DNA of 64,000 bases from the human T2T-CHM13v2.0 reference genome, Homo sapiens. Positions 1 to 14,877 of the stretch are shown here, piece after piece. The notes beneath the pieces were generated by a model that searched no databases, was not told the DNA's origin, and saw nothing but the letters and a program-made list of their open reading frames with translations. The stretch is from the NCBI RefSeq assembly GCF_009914755.1, contig NC_060926.1; one strand, given 5' to 3'. A program made the translations under genes and the position numbers. The number at the start of each line of letters is the position of its first letter. The first letter of the stretch is position 1.

Positions 1-70
1 TTGGGTGATCCGCCTGCCTCGGCCTCCCAAAGTGCTGGGATTACAGGTGTGAGCCACTATGCCCAGCCCA
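1..70 (-). mobile_element. Alu 5' end (cut by the window edge)
   Basis: gatccgcctgcctcggcctcccaaagtgctgggattacaggtgtgagccac. Confidence 0.95.
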
Positions 71-689
71 GGAGGAACACTTTTTAGCTGTGACATTGAT
101 TGCCCAAAAACAAAAAATTGAGGACTGGGATGTTAGTGGCAGTCCTGTTGTGATGGTATCCAGCGCCCTGTGCCAAGACCACCACTGGTTTCTTCTGTTT
201 TCAACCAAGAACCATGACAGAGGCAATCTCCATGTGTTAAACTCTTACGAGAGGTCGGAAATCTCGTCCATGTCTTTCCCTGCTGACTCCTTAGAGTTTT
301 ACAATCCCTTAAAAGTCCTGTGTGTTCAATTAATGCTTGCTGATGGACCGTCTCTCAGTTGCCCCAGTCTCCACCTTCTCACCAGATGTGAGATGCAGGG
401 GTTCTGTGTTTTTCTGCACAAAGAGGGCAGCAGTTGGACTACTGAGCCCCAAACCACAAAGAAGCAGGGAGGCTCCTGGCTGACAGGGGCCTTCGGGTCA
501 AAGACAAGAAGGCTGATCTGAAAAGTCACATTACATCCAACAGTGGAAAAACTCTTTGAAATTTAAACATAAAAGGGGCAGAAAAGGCCTTGTACTCTTT
601 ACAGAGGAGTGGAAGGGTAAGGAAGAGAGTGAACTTTTACTGTTTGCTCCTCATCAAGAGGCAGCAAAGCCGGGTATTTATATACACAC

Positions 690-860
690 ACACACAACAT
701 TGACCTCATTTCATCTTCACACTGACCCTGCACTCCCCCGCCACTGAAACTTGAGGGAATTGAGTCTCAGAAACATCCAGTCATTTGTCCAGAGTCACAG
801 AGCTGGTAAATGGCAGAGCTGCACTTTGTACCCAGACCCAGTGATTCCGCTCCCATCCTG
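690..860 (-). mobile_element. MIR fragment
   Basis: gaattgagtctcagaaa...catttgtccagagtcacagagctggtaaatggcagagctg resembles the antisense MIR core. Confidence 0.65.
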
Positions 861-3379
861 TTTCACCACCCAGTGAAGGTTTGGGGCAAGCAGGCAAAGA
901 GGGAGGGAAAAAGGAAGGAAATCAAGCTGAAAAGAGTCTCCCTCCCTTTTGACATCCTGTAATCCCTTTGTATTTCTCTTAGGACTCTGAGTTCATTGTG
1001 CTGAACGTTTTCTGTACAAGCCTTCGCTCTGGGACAATCTGAACTCTCTTTAGGGCAGGGACTACTTTTCTGTCCCCTCTGTTTCTCCTGCTGCCTTGTC
1101 CCTTGCTTTGAGTTGACCTGACTTATTGGTCCTGGTTCTATCATGTTCTTCTCTTCCCATGATCTCTTCTAAGGTGACCAGATGGCCCTTGCTGAACTAC
1201 ACGTGACTTTCTTTTGTGTTAGTGAAAATGAAGGTTAGGTTGCCATGGCCCAGAGTTACTTGACATTCTCATTGTTGAATCTATTTATACCACAAAGCTT
1301 TCAAGTGCCAATAAATTACTTGGCTGTTGATTCACATCTTCGGTATAACTATTTTTATACACTGGTATGATTTTTTTTTTAAACGGAAAGTGCTTTAAAA
1401 GTAGGAGCTGTATTGTATCACTGTGATTTTCCTGTAAGTCAAGTACTTTCCAGTCAATCATTCTTGGAATAATGAAATAGTTCTCATTGATACAACATGA
1501 TGGTTTTAACCTTTTACTGAAAATTATTTTTGTGCCAAAAGGGGTGATGGCATAATTCATCTTCCTTCAATATAATACCCATGTGGCTACTACCCTTTGC
1601 CTTCTCACAGTGATTTCCTCTTAAGGAAGAGCTGCTCTTATAGAGTGGGTGTGGCATCTGAAACCCCTGCCTTCCTGAGGTCCTTGACACTTCTGGGTTC
1701 TGAGTTCTAGTGGTGCCCATTGAGGAAGCTGGGGAATCAGGGAAGCGCAAGGACAGGAAAACTGGCCCCATGGAATACCTGAGCCTTCTAATGGGGGTGG
1801 GAGGGGTGCCGGTGGGGAGGGTTGAGGATTTAGCAGGGCTGGTGAGAGATGACACTCATGAGCAGCTGGCGAGATGACCCCAAGGGGAGAATCTGAGAGG
1901 CAGGAGCCCCTGAGGCAGCGCCTGGAGCTGGGTATGGGTCTGGGTGGGCAGCCTCTGCTGCTAGGGCTCGAGGCAATGTTGCCATAGGGAGGCTGGTTTC
2001 TTATTTCCCTTCCCCTCCGTTTCAGACAATCCTGTCTGTCCATAGCTGCCTCACTCCTCTCTCCCTCCCATTGTCCCTTGCCTGCCTGGGCCCTTGACTA
2101 TGGCCATGGGTTAGTTCCTTCACTGAAGGTACCTGACTCATGTCCCTGCTTCTTAAGGCTCTGCTCTCTAATAAACGCTGTGGAGCTGGCATAAATGTGT
2201 GACATCCCCAGCAGAGCACACTTCCATGTTAATCTGAGTCTGCTGGTCTGCGATAGCTTTTGTTTTGAGGCTCTGCTCAGAGTCAGGCTCTCTGCTGAGT
2301 GCTTTCCAGGTTATGGCCTTTGTTTTCATCAGAACCCAGGGGAGGTAGGCTTATTTGGGGCTGCGGTGTGCGATTAGGCAAAGTGGCATTGCGCAAGGGT
2401 GCCCAGCTGAGGGCTGAGAGTGGGCTGTGGGCCACGGCCAGCTCACCAAGCTGTGTGCCTAGCAAGAGGGGCAGCTTCTTCTATAATAATTTGCACAGGG
2501 TGTCACAGACGCCAGCAGCAACCCTGGGCCATCTTTATTTTACGCTGAGGAAACTGGGATTCAAGGAGGTTAAATCTCTTGCCCAGTGTAAAGAAAAGGT
2601 GGTAAATGGCAGTTGAGATTTGTACCAAGGTCATCTGTGCAGGAATTCAGCAGCAGAGCAGATGGAGAAGCTATTTTGGGGGAAAGAGACTGCCCACATT
2701 TTCCCATTTCCCCATGGGAAGGCTTATGTTTTCCATAGTGATGAAGAAATACAGGGATGGAAGAGGGAAGGCCATGAAGCTCCAGTGAGGCTCCACTGCA
2801 TGGGGGGTCCATTTTCCTCTGTGTGCTTGTGGCAGGAGCAGAGAACATGAACTAGCGTTGTCCTGGGCAGGTGTGGGAGAGGAGCAGGGGTACAAAGGAA
2901 TCAAAGGTTTCAGGAAAGAATATTTCAGATGAACAGTCGGAGAGTCTGACCTGGATCAGGAAAGAAGAGAGGTCAGGAGGGGGTCAACAGGCAAGGAGAA
3001 AGTACAGGGAACTAAGACAACTGGGAACGGCGTAGAAGAGTTGAAAGCCAGGGGCTGCTCAGAGAGGAGGATGTGAGGTTTTACCGGAGAACTGAAGTGG
3101 TTCCAAGGAGGTACTAGCAATGTCCTGGAGGTTGTCATGGGAGTGGGAGGCTGCAGTGGAGTGGAGGTGAAGAGTCACCAGAATAGAGGGCATCTAGGAG
3201 CTATGAGACTTGGTAATGGTTCATCCTCATGGCACTGAAGTCATCCCACATCATGACAGCATTGGGACAGAGAGAAAAATGGTCATGTAGGCGCCCAAGT
3301 CCTAGATAAACAGACATGGAGCAGGAAAGGAAGTTGGGGGGTATGTAGCCATACAGTTTCAGCTGCTATGAATATAATG

Positions 3380-4010
3380 GGTCCTAAATCAGTATCTTTA
3401 GCCCAGACTCTCCTCTGTCTTTGGATTTGTGTATCTAACCACCCGTGAGCCTGCTTAACCTGGCTCATGTCTCTTGCAGGCAACTCTAACTCAACACGGC
3501 CGAAATGAACTCAAAACTCTGCCTTAACATGGACCTCTTCTTATCTTTTCAGCTTGTGGCACCTCCACACTGAAAACCTGGGGGTCTCCTGGGCATCTCC
3601 TTCCCATATACTTCATCAATCACCAGTTGTCGAGTTTAAATCCTAAATGTTTCTCAAATCTGTCCTCTTGTCTCCACTCCTACCCCCACTGCCCCAGTAA
3701 TGTTCACATCACCTCACAGGGTCACATTAACTTCCAAGCCAGTCTCCCTGCCTCCGGTCTGGACCCTTCCAGCCCATCCTCTACACTACTGCAAATCTGT
3801 CCACGTGGCCCCCGTGGCATCAACTTCTTAACATGGCACACGAGGTTCCCTAAACCACTTTTCCAGTTTCATCTCTTACTTCCTCCTATTCACTTAAGGA
3901 ACTTACTTCTTCCTATTCACTTACGGGTCTCAGTACATGGAGACACCTCGGCTTGGACTTTTCCCTAGACTAACTCCTATACTCATTTTTGGAGACTCAG
4001 CTTGGGTATT
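3380..4010 (+). mobile_element. LINE-2 3' region, degenerate
   Basis: aactcaacacggccgaaatgaactc, aaaacctgggggtc and gccagtctccctgcctcc are L2-like phrases. Confidence 0.6.
3875..3923. repeat. Tandem duplication, 22-bp core, period 27
   Basis: cttacttcctcctattcactta (3875-3896) and cttacttcttcctattcactta (3902-3923). Confidence 0.85.
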
Positions 4011-4447
4011 AACTTGGCCATCACATATTTATTGCCTAGCACTATGTTCAAAGCACTGTGCTGTCCCGGAAACCACCAGTCTCAGGCCCTCTGGCTGCCC
4101 CCTGCCCTCCCCTTGAGGGTAGCACGCCTGTCTTCATCACCTCCCTGTCCTGAGACCTAGTGCAAGGCCTGGACCATAGCTGAGGTAGGCACTGACCGAA
4201 CCAAGAACTGTCAGGAGGATGGGTGCTGAGCGATGAGGTGAGGAGCACACACTGTCCCAGGAACGCCCTGTAGGAGGATGACAATGGAACAGATGCATGA
4301 AAGTTCTGGTTTGCCAAATTCCAGTTGATAGAAAAGGGGACAAGTTGGAGGAAATGATGGGTATGAAGTGTAGCTGGGAAAAACCCCCAAGTGATGAAAG
4401 TCTCCAAGGTAAGATCTTGTCAGGCAGCTCTAACAGATTCCAGACAA

Positions 4448-4584
4448 TCTTGCAAGAATGACGTCACTACCAAGCTTCACTTGTTAGGAATCCGTACCCA
4501 CGCTGAATGAGTCACTACCCAAACTGCCGAGGGACCCTAACAGTTACAGCGCGTGCATTCCTCCCCGATGTCTTCATGCATTCC
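4448..4584. promoter_or_regulatory. Candidate intronic enhancer motif cluster (CRE, AP-1, two TEAD sites)
   Basis: TGACGTCA 4459-4466, TGAGTCA 4508-4514, CATTCC 4556-4561 and 4579-4584, with several retained CpGs. Motifs only; no activity data. Confidence 0.4.
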
Positions 4585-5089
4585 ATCTCACAAGTAGATG
4601 CCACTTTCTTCTCTTTTCAAAACCTCTCCCTACACAAAGCTATTCAGAGCCTACACTGTGGACATGAATTCCTCAGCCATGCTTGTGGTTTTAGAAGCCA
4701 GGGAAAAGCAAATGGGATGAAACATGACTAAATCATAAGTCAATGCATTATTTCTTAAAAAAGAATATTGCCAGGGGTTCAGGAAAGGGAGAGAGGGCAA
4801 ATGTAAACCACCAGGGTCTCTGTTACCTCCCACCACCATACTGGGGCCACCAGATTCCACCAACAGGGTCAGCCTTGCTGGCTACACTGGGTTTAGGTCA
4901 GAATTTCTTCAAGGGAGAGTGTTTCAAGGAGGGCTGCGCCAGCTGCTGAGATGGCTCATACTTAGGCTGGCCCAGGGGCCAGGCTTGCTCTGCGCTCTCT
5001 TCCAAGTTCTAAAAATGGGGCTTCTGCCTTGTTCTTGCCTGCAGGAGGCTGAGGCGTGAGTATCTAGCTGACTGGGCCTGGGAACGTAA

Positions 5090-5377
<288 letters not shown>

Positions 5378-5489
5378 TAAGAATGGTAAATTCACTGTCT
5401 TTTCACTGGCAATAAAGGTCTTGTGTCATTTTTATTTCTATTCATACAACTGGAAAATGTTTTTTTCAACTGGGACAATGCAGTAAATG

Positions 5490-5695
5490 GTTTGGATTTC
5501 AGACAGACCTGGGTTTAAGTCCTAATTTCACCACTTACTAGCTGTGTGACCTCTGGCAAGTCACTCAGCTTTTCTGTGGGTTTATTTATCTGTACAATGG
5601 GAACTTACCTCATAGGGCCATTGTGAAGACTGAATTAAGTAATGTATGTGAAAAGGCTTAGCACAGTGCTTGGCACAGAGCAGGTGTTCAACAAA
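5490..5695 (+). mobile_element. MIR
   Basis: cagacagacctgggtttaagtcct...ccacttactagctgtgtgacc...gcttagcacagtgcttggcac. Confidence 0.85.
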
Positions 5696-6606
5696 GGTGA
5701 GGCAGACAAAGATGGTATTATCTCAGTGGCCCCTTAAGTTGCTCAAGTTTTTGGCAGAGAAAGCCCATGACCTAGGTCAGAGGGGGCCAGACAAGGCTTC
5801 TAAGAAACAAAGTAGGTCACCATCCTAGGGCACAATCCATAGGATTGTGAGACAAGGGGTTTATGCTGTGACTGGCTTTATGTTTCCAGCTCACAGTAGA
5901 AGGATAAAGGCATCCAGGAATGCACTTGGAGCCAGGAAGAGGTGAAGGCCAGTGTCCTGTGGCCCTTGTTTATGAGGGATGCCAGGCTCCAGAGAGTTCC
6001 AGCCATGGTCAACATTGTGTGCTGGGGTCTCTGAAATCCATTCCCCATGCTTTCATTTGGGGAGGACGTGCAGAGGGAGAACACTGAGAGAGGCGTCTGG
6101 ACAGAGGCCTAGAGCTGGGGCGGGTAAGGCTGCAGGACAGGATGGGAACAGGGTTACTGCTGGCAGGGACAGCCTGCACTTCCTCAGTAATGCCAACTTG
6201 ATGGAGCATTCCACTGTCTACCACAGCTAGCCGGCCACTGGGCAGAGGGCTGCCACCCATGGAGAGGAGATGTAGCAGAGGCTGGAGGACGGGGCAGGCA
6301 GGCTGAACAGATGGTGCAGGAACAGTGTGATTTTGGAGGACGTCTCTAGCAGGGCAGTGCTGGAACCTGAGGTCAGGGCCTATCCTGATTAATGATGGAT
6401 ATAGGGCCACCTGACCTACTTACTCCATGTCATCAACCTCGCCACTCAGAGTGAACAGAAGGGCCCTGCCTACAGCCTTCATTTCATCCAGGGCATGCAT
6501 TCCCAACTGGGGCTATATCTCCCCGAAAGGGGTCAAAATCCATTCTTGGTGGCAGTGCGTGAAAAAAATCTTAGATATTACACAAATGCTCTCCAAAGGG
6601 CCACAG

Positions 6607-6610
<4 letters not shown>

Positions 6611-6656
<46 letters not shown>
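6611..6656. repeat. (CA)23 microsatellite
   Basis: Read directly from the sequence. Confidence 0.98.
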
Positions 6657-6657
<1 letters not shown>

Positions 6658-6758
6658 GCGGTCCCAACTTATGATGGTTCGACTTATAATTTTTCAAGTT
6701 TATGACAGTGTGAAAGTGATACATATTCAGTACAAACTGTAATATAATGTTTGGTAGG

Positions 6759-7479
<721 letters not shown>

Positions 7480-7575
7480 GTAGGTTAGCTGTATTAAATG
7501 CATTTTCTATTAATTATATTTTCAGTTTACGGTTGGTTTATCTGAATGTAATCCCATTGTAGGTCAAGGAACATA

Positions 7576-7579
<4 letters not shown>

Positions 7580-7611
<32 letters not shown>

Positions 7612-7612
7612 T
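7580..7612. repeat. (TG)n microsatellite, one interruption
   Basis: Read directly from the sequence. Confidence 0.95.
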
Positions 7613-8147
7613 ACGTGGTATAAAAATTTCACGGGGGAAGAGGGAGGGTGATTAGGAAAAAAAGTCTCAAAAAAGTTTCCTTGGCATGGGATGATGATGA
7701 AAAACAAAGTTTGAGAAAAAATGAAGCAGGACCTCTTGTCCCAAAGAACTACCAGTGGCCCAGTCAGGGACTTCTAGTGAGTTAAGAAGCCCTGCGCAGC
7801 AACTCTAAGTTCAATGCACGCTAATACCTCCCTGCTTTCCTCACTGAGCCAGAAATCCCTAGCTCTGTCAGCCAGTTCCTCTCCTGTTTACCTCCATTTA
7901 CAGTCTCCATGGCCACCAGTGAGTCCTAGGGACACTCAACCCCTGGAGTGAGGAATTTAACAAGAAGATGAGAACCCGCGTGGCATGGCCTATCTTTCCC
8001 AAAGTGGGAAAGTGGAAAGGTTCTCCCCTATGCAGACAGGACTGAGCGGTCTGTTTGTGAACATGCCATTAGGCACAGTGCCGCTTACACAAGAGCCTAG
8101 TTCCACAGCTCAAATCTGAATTTTTCTTTTTCTTTCTTTTCTCTTTA

Positions 8148-8278
8148 AAAAATATTTTTATAGAGACAGAGTCTCTCTTTGTTGCCCAGGCTGGTCTCAA
8201 ACTCCTGGCCTCAAGTGATCCTCCTGCCTTGGCCTCCCAGAGTGTTGGCATTACAAGCACGTGCCACTGTACCTGGCC
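8148..8278 (-). mobile_element. Alu left monomer (FLAM-like)
   Basis: tagagacagagtctc...ctcaagtgatcctcctgccttggcctccc. Confidence 0.9.
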
Positions 8279-8565
8279 AAAATCTGAATTTTTCTAACTT
8301 CTCTTATCAGTGCATATTTCTATCATAAGGATGAGATCACATCCTTTCCTGAACCTCAACCTTGCAGCCTTCCCTAACCAGGTCAGTTTATGAGCATCAT
8401 GATGGACAGTGAGAGTTCAGTTTTCTTATCATTATTGTGTAAGTGCTGACTTTTTTTCTAAAGAAATCTGTAGGGAACATGACAAACCATTATGTCGCAA
8501 ATGTCCATGACTTTGCCTTCTACTACCAGCCACCTTGATTTTTGACATTTAAATTTCAATTATTA

Positions 8566-8862
8566 GCCAGGTGTGGTGGCTCATGCCTGTAATCCCAGCG
8601 CTTTGGGAGGCTGAGGCGGAAGGATCAGTTGAGGCCAAGACAAGCCTGGGCAACATGGTGAGACCCTGTGTCTACAGAAAATACAAAAATTAGCTGGGTT
8701 TGGTGGCATGTACTTATAGTCCCGCCTGCTTGGGAGGCAGAGGTGGGAGGATTTATTGAGTCAGGGGGTGGAAGTCACAGTGAGACAAGATTGTGCCCCT
8801 GTTGGATTGTGCCACTCCATCCTGGGTGACAGAGCAAGACTCTGTCTCAAAAAAAAAAAAAA
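8566..8862 (+). mobile_element. Alu (AluJ-like)
   Basis: Dimeric Alu with A tail. Confidence 0.92.
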
Positions 8863-8913
8863 GTCTGAGATAATCCATTTTTTAATTACTCTGCAATTAA
8901 AAGACAGAGCAGG

Positions 8914-9190
<277 letters not shown>

Positions 9191-9354
9191 GAGCAAATAT
9201 TTTCTGGCTTAATGTATTTCAAATGACCACTTTCATATGAATCAAGTCTGAAACTGCATGCAGCAAAGTTTTGATATTATTTTTGCTTCTGTCTTTTAAA
9301 TAGGTACAATTTTTTTGTCTTGGCTCTACAATTCATTAGCTATTGGATTTAAAA

Positions 9355-9578
9355 AAACAACTTTGAGATATAATTAATATACATATAATACACCCATTTA
9401 AAGTGTACAATCCAATGTTCTTCAGTATAGTTACAGAGTTGAGCAACCATCACCACAATCTAATTTTAGAAATCTTCATCTCCCTTGAAAGAAACCTCAT
9501 ACTCATTAACAGTCACTCCCCATTCCTCCCAACCATCCACAGGCCTAGGAACCACTTATCTGCTTTGTCTCTAGAGAT
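9355..9578 (-). mobile_element. Old L1 (L1MB-type) 3' end
   Basis: aactttgagatataatt...cacccatttaaagtgtacaat...aaccatcaccacaatctaattttagaa. Confidence 0.8.
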
Positions 9579-9910
9579 TTGTTAAGTGGGGCCACATTTT
9601 TGAGCAAAATCATTTCATATTCTAATTCTATAATTAAACAATAGCTTATTGTTCCATAATTATCCAATAATGTAACCATAATAAACCAATTATTAATATA
9701 TTCACACCTAATCTCGATTTTAGCTGGCACTTTGTGCGAAAAGTGAAGTTGGTGTTGGCCAGGTGGTTCTGTGTTATTGAAACTTCATTCCCAATAAGCA
9801 CTGAGGCAACAGGTTTAGCTTCCTTCCTGGCCAGAAGTGTTCATTAAAGAGTTTGTAAAGTTTTCAAATTAAATTATAAATGTACCAGGAGCTTGCTGTT
9901 TAAGAATTCC

Positions 9911-10177
9911 TGGCCAGGCACGGTGGCTCAAGCCTGTAAACTCAGCACTTTGGGAGGCCAAGGCCGGCGGATTGCTTGAGCTCAGGAAGATGGCAAAACC
10001 TCGTCTCTACAAAAAAATGCAAAACTTTAGCCAGGTGTGGTGGTGCACACCTGTGGTCCCAGGTACTCTGGAGGTTGAGGTGGGAGGATTGTTGAAGCCC
10101 AGGAAGTCGAGGCTGCAGTGAGCTGTGCACTCTAGCCTGGGTGACAGTGAGACCTTGTCTTAAAAAAAAAAAAAAAT
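9911..10177 (+). mobile_element. Alu (AluJ-like, internal deletions)
   Basis: Dimeric Alu with A tail. Confidence 0.9.
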
Positions 10178-10251
10178 CCTATGATGTTGTTTGTAAAGGC
10201 TAATCTCTAAGGTAAAAATCCATCCACATTCTTCTCAAACACAGATACATT

Positions 10252-10410
10252 CAGGGGTGTCTAATCTTTTGGCTTCCCTGGGCCACACTGGAAGAATTGT
10301 CTTGGGCCATAAAATACACTAACGATAGCTGATGAGGTTTAAAAAATCGCAGAAAAATTCTCATAATGTTTTAAGAAAGTTTACAAATTTGTGTTGGACA
10401 AACTTGCATT
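10252..10410 (+). mobile_element. MER30-like hAT MITE, partial
   Basis: caggggtgtctaatcttttggcttccctgggccacactggaagaattgtcttgggcca. Confidence 0.8.
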
Positions 10411-10681
10411 AACTGGTTTGGTCTGTAAATCTTGGTTTCCATAGACCTGATTTTCTTGAGGGCTTTTCTTTTCGGTCTCTCTGCAGTGATTAATGTGTGG
10501 CAATGAGCACTGAGCTTCCTCCTTGAAGGTCCAGACACCCCTGCACAGGCATAAAATGATATTTTTAGGACAGACCCTTGCACTGCTGGTGTGTGCCATG
10601 TTCCAGGCATAAGAGCTTCAGTATCCACACAACATAGTTGGCCCTGATGGCTCATTTCCCAGCTTTCCCGGGTCCTTGTAG

Positions 10682-11333
<652 letters not shown>

Positions 11334-11907
11334 GAAAATGGATATATTAATATTTTTCTAGCATTTTGTAGCTACTAGTCAGGCAATGGTTTTCCTCTCT
11401 TAATACCAGATGAATTGGTAGGCTGAAATGGCAGAATCTGAGACACATCCATAAGGCCATTATATAGACAAAAAGGTATATCTGGCCAGGGAAATGATAA
11501 ATATAAGCCTTTGCCCCACTCATTTCCCTGACATAATGTTCAGGCTACCAGAATTCTGCCTGCAGAGTGTGACATGACTTTCAGTTTTCCACAGCACTTT
11601 CTGGTTTACAGGGCATGTTTGCAGATGTGATTAAATTTGAATTTCATTGCAATGCCGTGAGGTAGGTAGGGTGGGTCTTTGATTTTCCGGATGAGAAACC
11701 AAGTGTAAGAACTTGCTCAAGGTCAAATGGCTAGGTGATAGAACTGGAACACCTTGGTTAAATCCCAGTCCCCATTAAAGCAGTCCTCTGGGGAGGCCAT
11801 AAATGTATTCTAACTTTGCTCAAAAATATTTTGAAACTTCTCTTTCAGTACCTTCAAAATCTGTAGCATATCTTTGAATATCCTCAATGGAGGCACATTT
11901 CATCTCA

Positions 11908-12095
11908 GTCAGTGATTCTTAAACTTGAGCATGCACTGGAATCGCCTGGAGGGTTTGTTAAAACACCGACTGCTGGGCTCCATCCCCAAAGTTTCTGATC
12001 CATTAAATCTAAGGTGGGGCCTGGGATTTGTGTTTCAAATGACTTCCCAGGTGATGCCGATACTGCTGGCTTTAGGGCCATATTTTGAGAACCAT
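11908..12095. mobile_element. MER5A hAT-Charlie MITE
   Basis: cagtgattcttaaacttgagcatgcactggaatcgcctggagggtttgttaaaacac...ttttgagaacca. Confidence 0.88.
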
Positions 12096-12529
12096 ATCCT
12101 AAGGAATTTATTTCTGGAAAGAGTGAATTGTTTAAAGCCAAGTCTAATGATTAAGGTGAGGGATCAAGCTAGGGAACTCCACCATTGGCCAAAACCAATG
12201 GGCAACTGTAAAGAACAAGATCGGCTCTGGCAGAAATTCAAATAAAGAGCTCCAAAAAGGTTCTGAAAACAACATGTGGTCTGAATGTGAAGCTTCCCAA
12301 TGTGACCACTTTAAAAGGAAGAACACTCTTGCATGTGTGCTAAAGAATTCTCACAAGTGTACAGGAACACCTTGCACAAATTTACATTGTGAGATGTTCA
12401 CTATCAACCTTTTATTCTCAGCTTAGGAAAAAAGAAACCATGGAGGTAACACCCACATTAGTACTGTATTAAGGAGGGATTAATAGTGATTTACAACAGC
12501 TGAACTGATTACACTGGCATGGCAGAGGT

Positions 12530-12822
12530 CTTTTTTTTCTTTTTTTGAGACAGGGTCTTGCTCTGTCACCCAGGCTGGAGTGCAGTGGTGCAATCACGGC
12601 TCACTGCAGCTTTGACCTCCCCGGACTCAAACGATCCTCCCAACTCAGCCTCCTGAGTAGCTGGGACTACAGGCATTTGCCACCACGCCTGGCTATAAAA
12701 AATTTTTTTGTAGAGATGAGGTCTCTCTATTGTTGCCCAGCAACTCCTGGGCTCAAGCGATCCTCTTGTCTTGGCCTCACAAAGTACTGGGATTCCAGGA
12801 ATGAGGTACTGTGCCCGGCCAC
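12530..12822 (-). mobile_element. Alu (AluJ-like)
   Basis: Antisense Alu with TSD cagaggtc. Confidence 0.92.
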
Positions 12823-14871
12823 CAGAGGTCCTTTCTATGCTGCAAAGGTGTGGAAGATGAGGGGGAAACTCCAACTCTTCATACCCTGAGTTTTTGGTTG
12901 TGATTGGAATGGAAAAGGTGAAAATATTTAATTTTGGATGCCAGAAATAAATATGTAGTATTTTGTGGGGGGGAATCCCAGCAGAAAGGAAAAAAAATGA
13001 ACTACATTAGGTACTTAAGCTGGGAGAAAGTCAATCCTTCATGTCACAGCAGGGAAAAAAAGAGGTGGAGGACTGCCTAAATATTGGTTCTATTTTAATT
13101 CCAATTCTACATTACATTAAACTCTCCCTGTACTCCTCTCTAATTTACAGCAAATGCTGACACAAATTGGTATGCCTTCTCTTCTTTGACATCAGTGTTT
13201 CTCTTGAATTATGTATTTCTATCTGGAATGAGGTTTATGAGGCTAAAGCCTTCTTTCATTAAGATAGGTGAGAACAGAGAAGGATCAATAAGCGGTTGAG
13301 TGCAAAATCAAAGTAAGGTGGGGCTAAGATATGCTCAGGGCAGCACTTCACTGCCCAAAGTGACCATAAGTGGTATTACGAATGACACTGATCTTCTGAA
13401 TTTCAATACATTGATTATATTTCAACTACTATAAAACAAGAAAAACTCTATTAACTTTCATCCCAGAACTGCCAGATTCTTCCTTTATTGGTACCCTACA
13501 AGTATTTAGTAACCATTTTTAAGAAAGAGTACAGATAATCATAGTAACTGCATCACTTGGATTCCATCTAAAATTGAGTCAAAGACAAAAGAAATCCCCT
13601 GCCTGATGCAGTGTGTCTCAGCCATCTCAGTCTTCACACAGGTTGAGGTGCTTGGTTGTGGTGCTCAACCTACCTCACAGGTTGGTGCCATGGACAGATC
13701 TGGCCCCACTATTGTTGACAAATGGCTCCCAGTCCAAGTCAGCCATTAGTTCATATTGACAGAGGCCACTGGCTGGCTCCATCTGGGGCCTGACCGTGTC
13801 TCAGGGTCCATTCTCAGCTTTGTTAGTTTGTGATGGGCTCTGGGCTGGCTGGTCAGACCAGGACTGAAGTGGAGCATTTTGACGAAGGTGTTTTGAGATA
13901 ACATTTGTAAAAAATGTAGATATACTGTCTTGTATTGCCAAATAATATACAGAACAGACATGCCTGATCCTTTCCCTTTTCTATACCTCATTCCACCCTC
14001 GGCCCAAGCCTGAGCCTCACCCTCTAGGTAATCTTCAGCCATCTCTGAAAACTCTTCCATTTTTAATCTTTACCTATCACCCACTTCACCCCAGGAATGG
14101 GAACTGGAGATAAAATGAAACTCTTTGTTTTTTCACATTTCTTGATAATTTAAAAGAGAACATTTTCTGTTTTGCTTATAATAATGTAAAAATTGTCCCT
14201 GAGTCAATATGGGCACATTAATGCAGCTCAACCATAATGTTCTTTGGCTGAAACTGGCTGTGCCCAGCAGCCTTATGGTGATGTGGCTTACGCACTGGCA
14301 CACCCCTTGTTTGGCCAGCCTGAGGAACATGTGAAGGACACTGTCACCCTGAGAGTGGGCTTGGGCCAGGAGCCCATTGGGCTGCTCTAGCCTCTCTTCA
14401 AGTTCAGGGGCAGGTGCTGCTCCCAGCCATGGCCCTCACCGCTCTGCTGGCTGGCAAGCTGCTGAGAAGAATGGCCTGTGGAGGCTGAAAATTGCTGAAA
14501 ACCCCATTCTGCCCAAAATGTTTGCGGTGGGTTAATTTATTCTATAATTTAAAGAATTCCATGTTAATGAAAGAGAAGTGGAATCCTGAGAGCGAGCTAA
14601 AAATGGAATTAAAAAGGGCCCATTCTTCAGGCAATATTAATGAGAGCTTTGTATATATATTGGTGAGTAAATCGCAATTAAAACTAAAATGTCTGTTAGT
14701 GATTCACTGAGTTCTAAAGGTTGGCCTTTTGCCTTTTGTGGTCAGCAATCCCCTTTTTTTTGTGACCCCACTATTCTAGACAGAAAACAGTTAATCCAAT
14801 AGGACTTAGTATCTTACAAAAGACTCGCTAAAATATTTTCTGCTAAATGTTCATCTTCTAACAGCTGCTTT

Positions 14872-14877
14872 TTTATT
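14872..14877 (-). terminator. Candidate poly(A) signal AATAAA for the alternative terminal exon
   Basis: tttatt on the + strand at 14872-14877; a second copy at 14536-14541. Confidence 0.45.
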
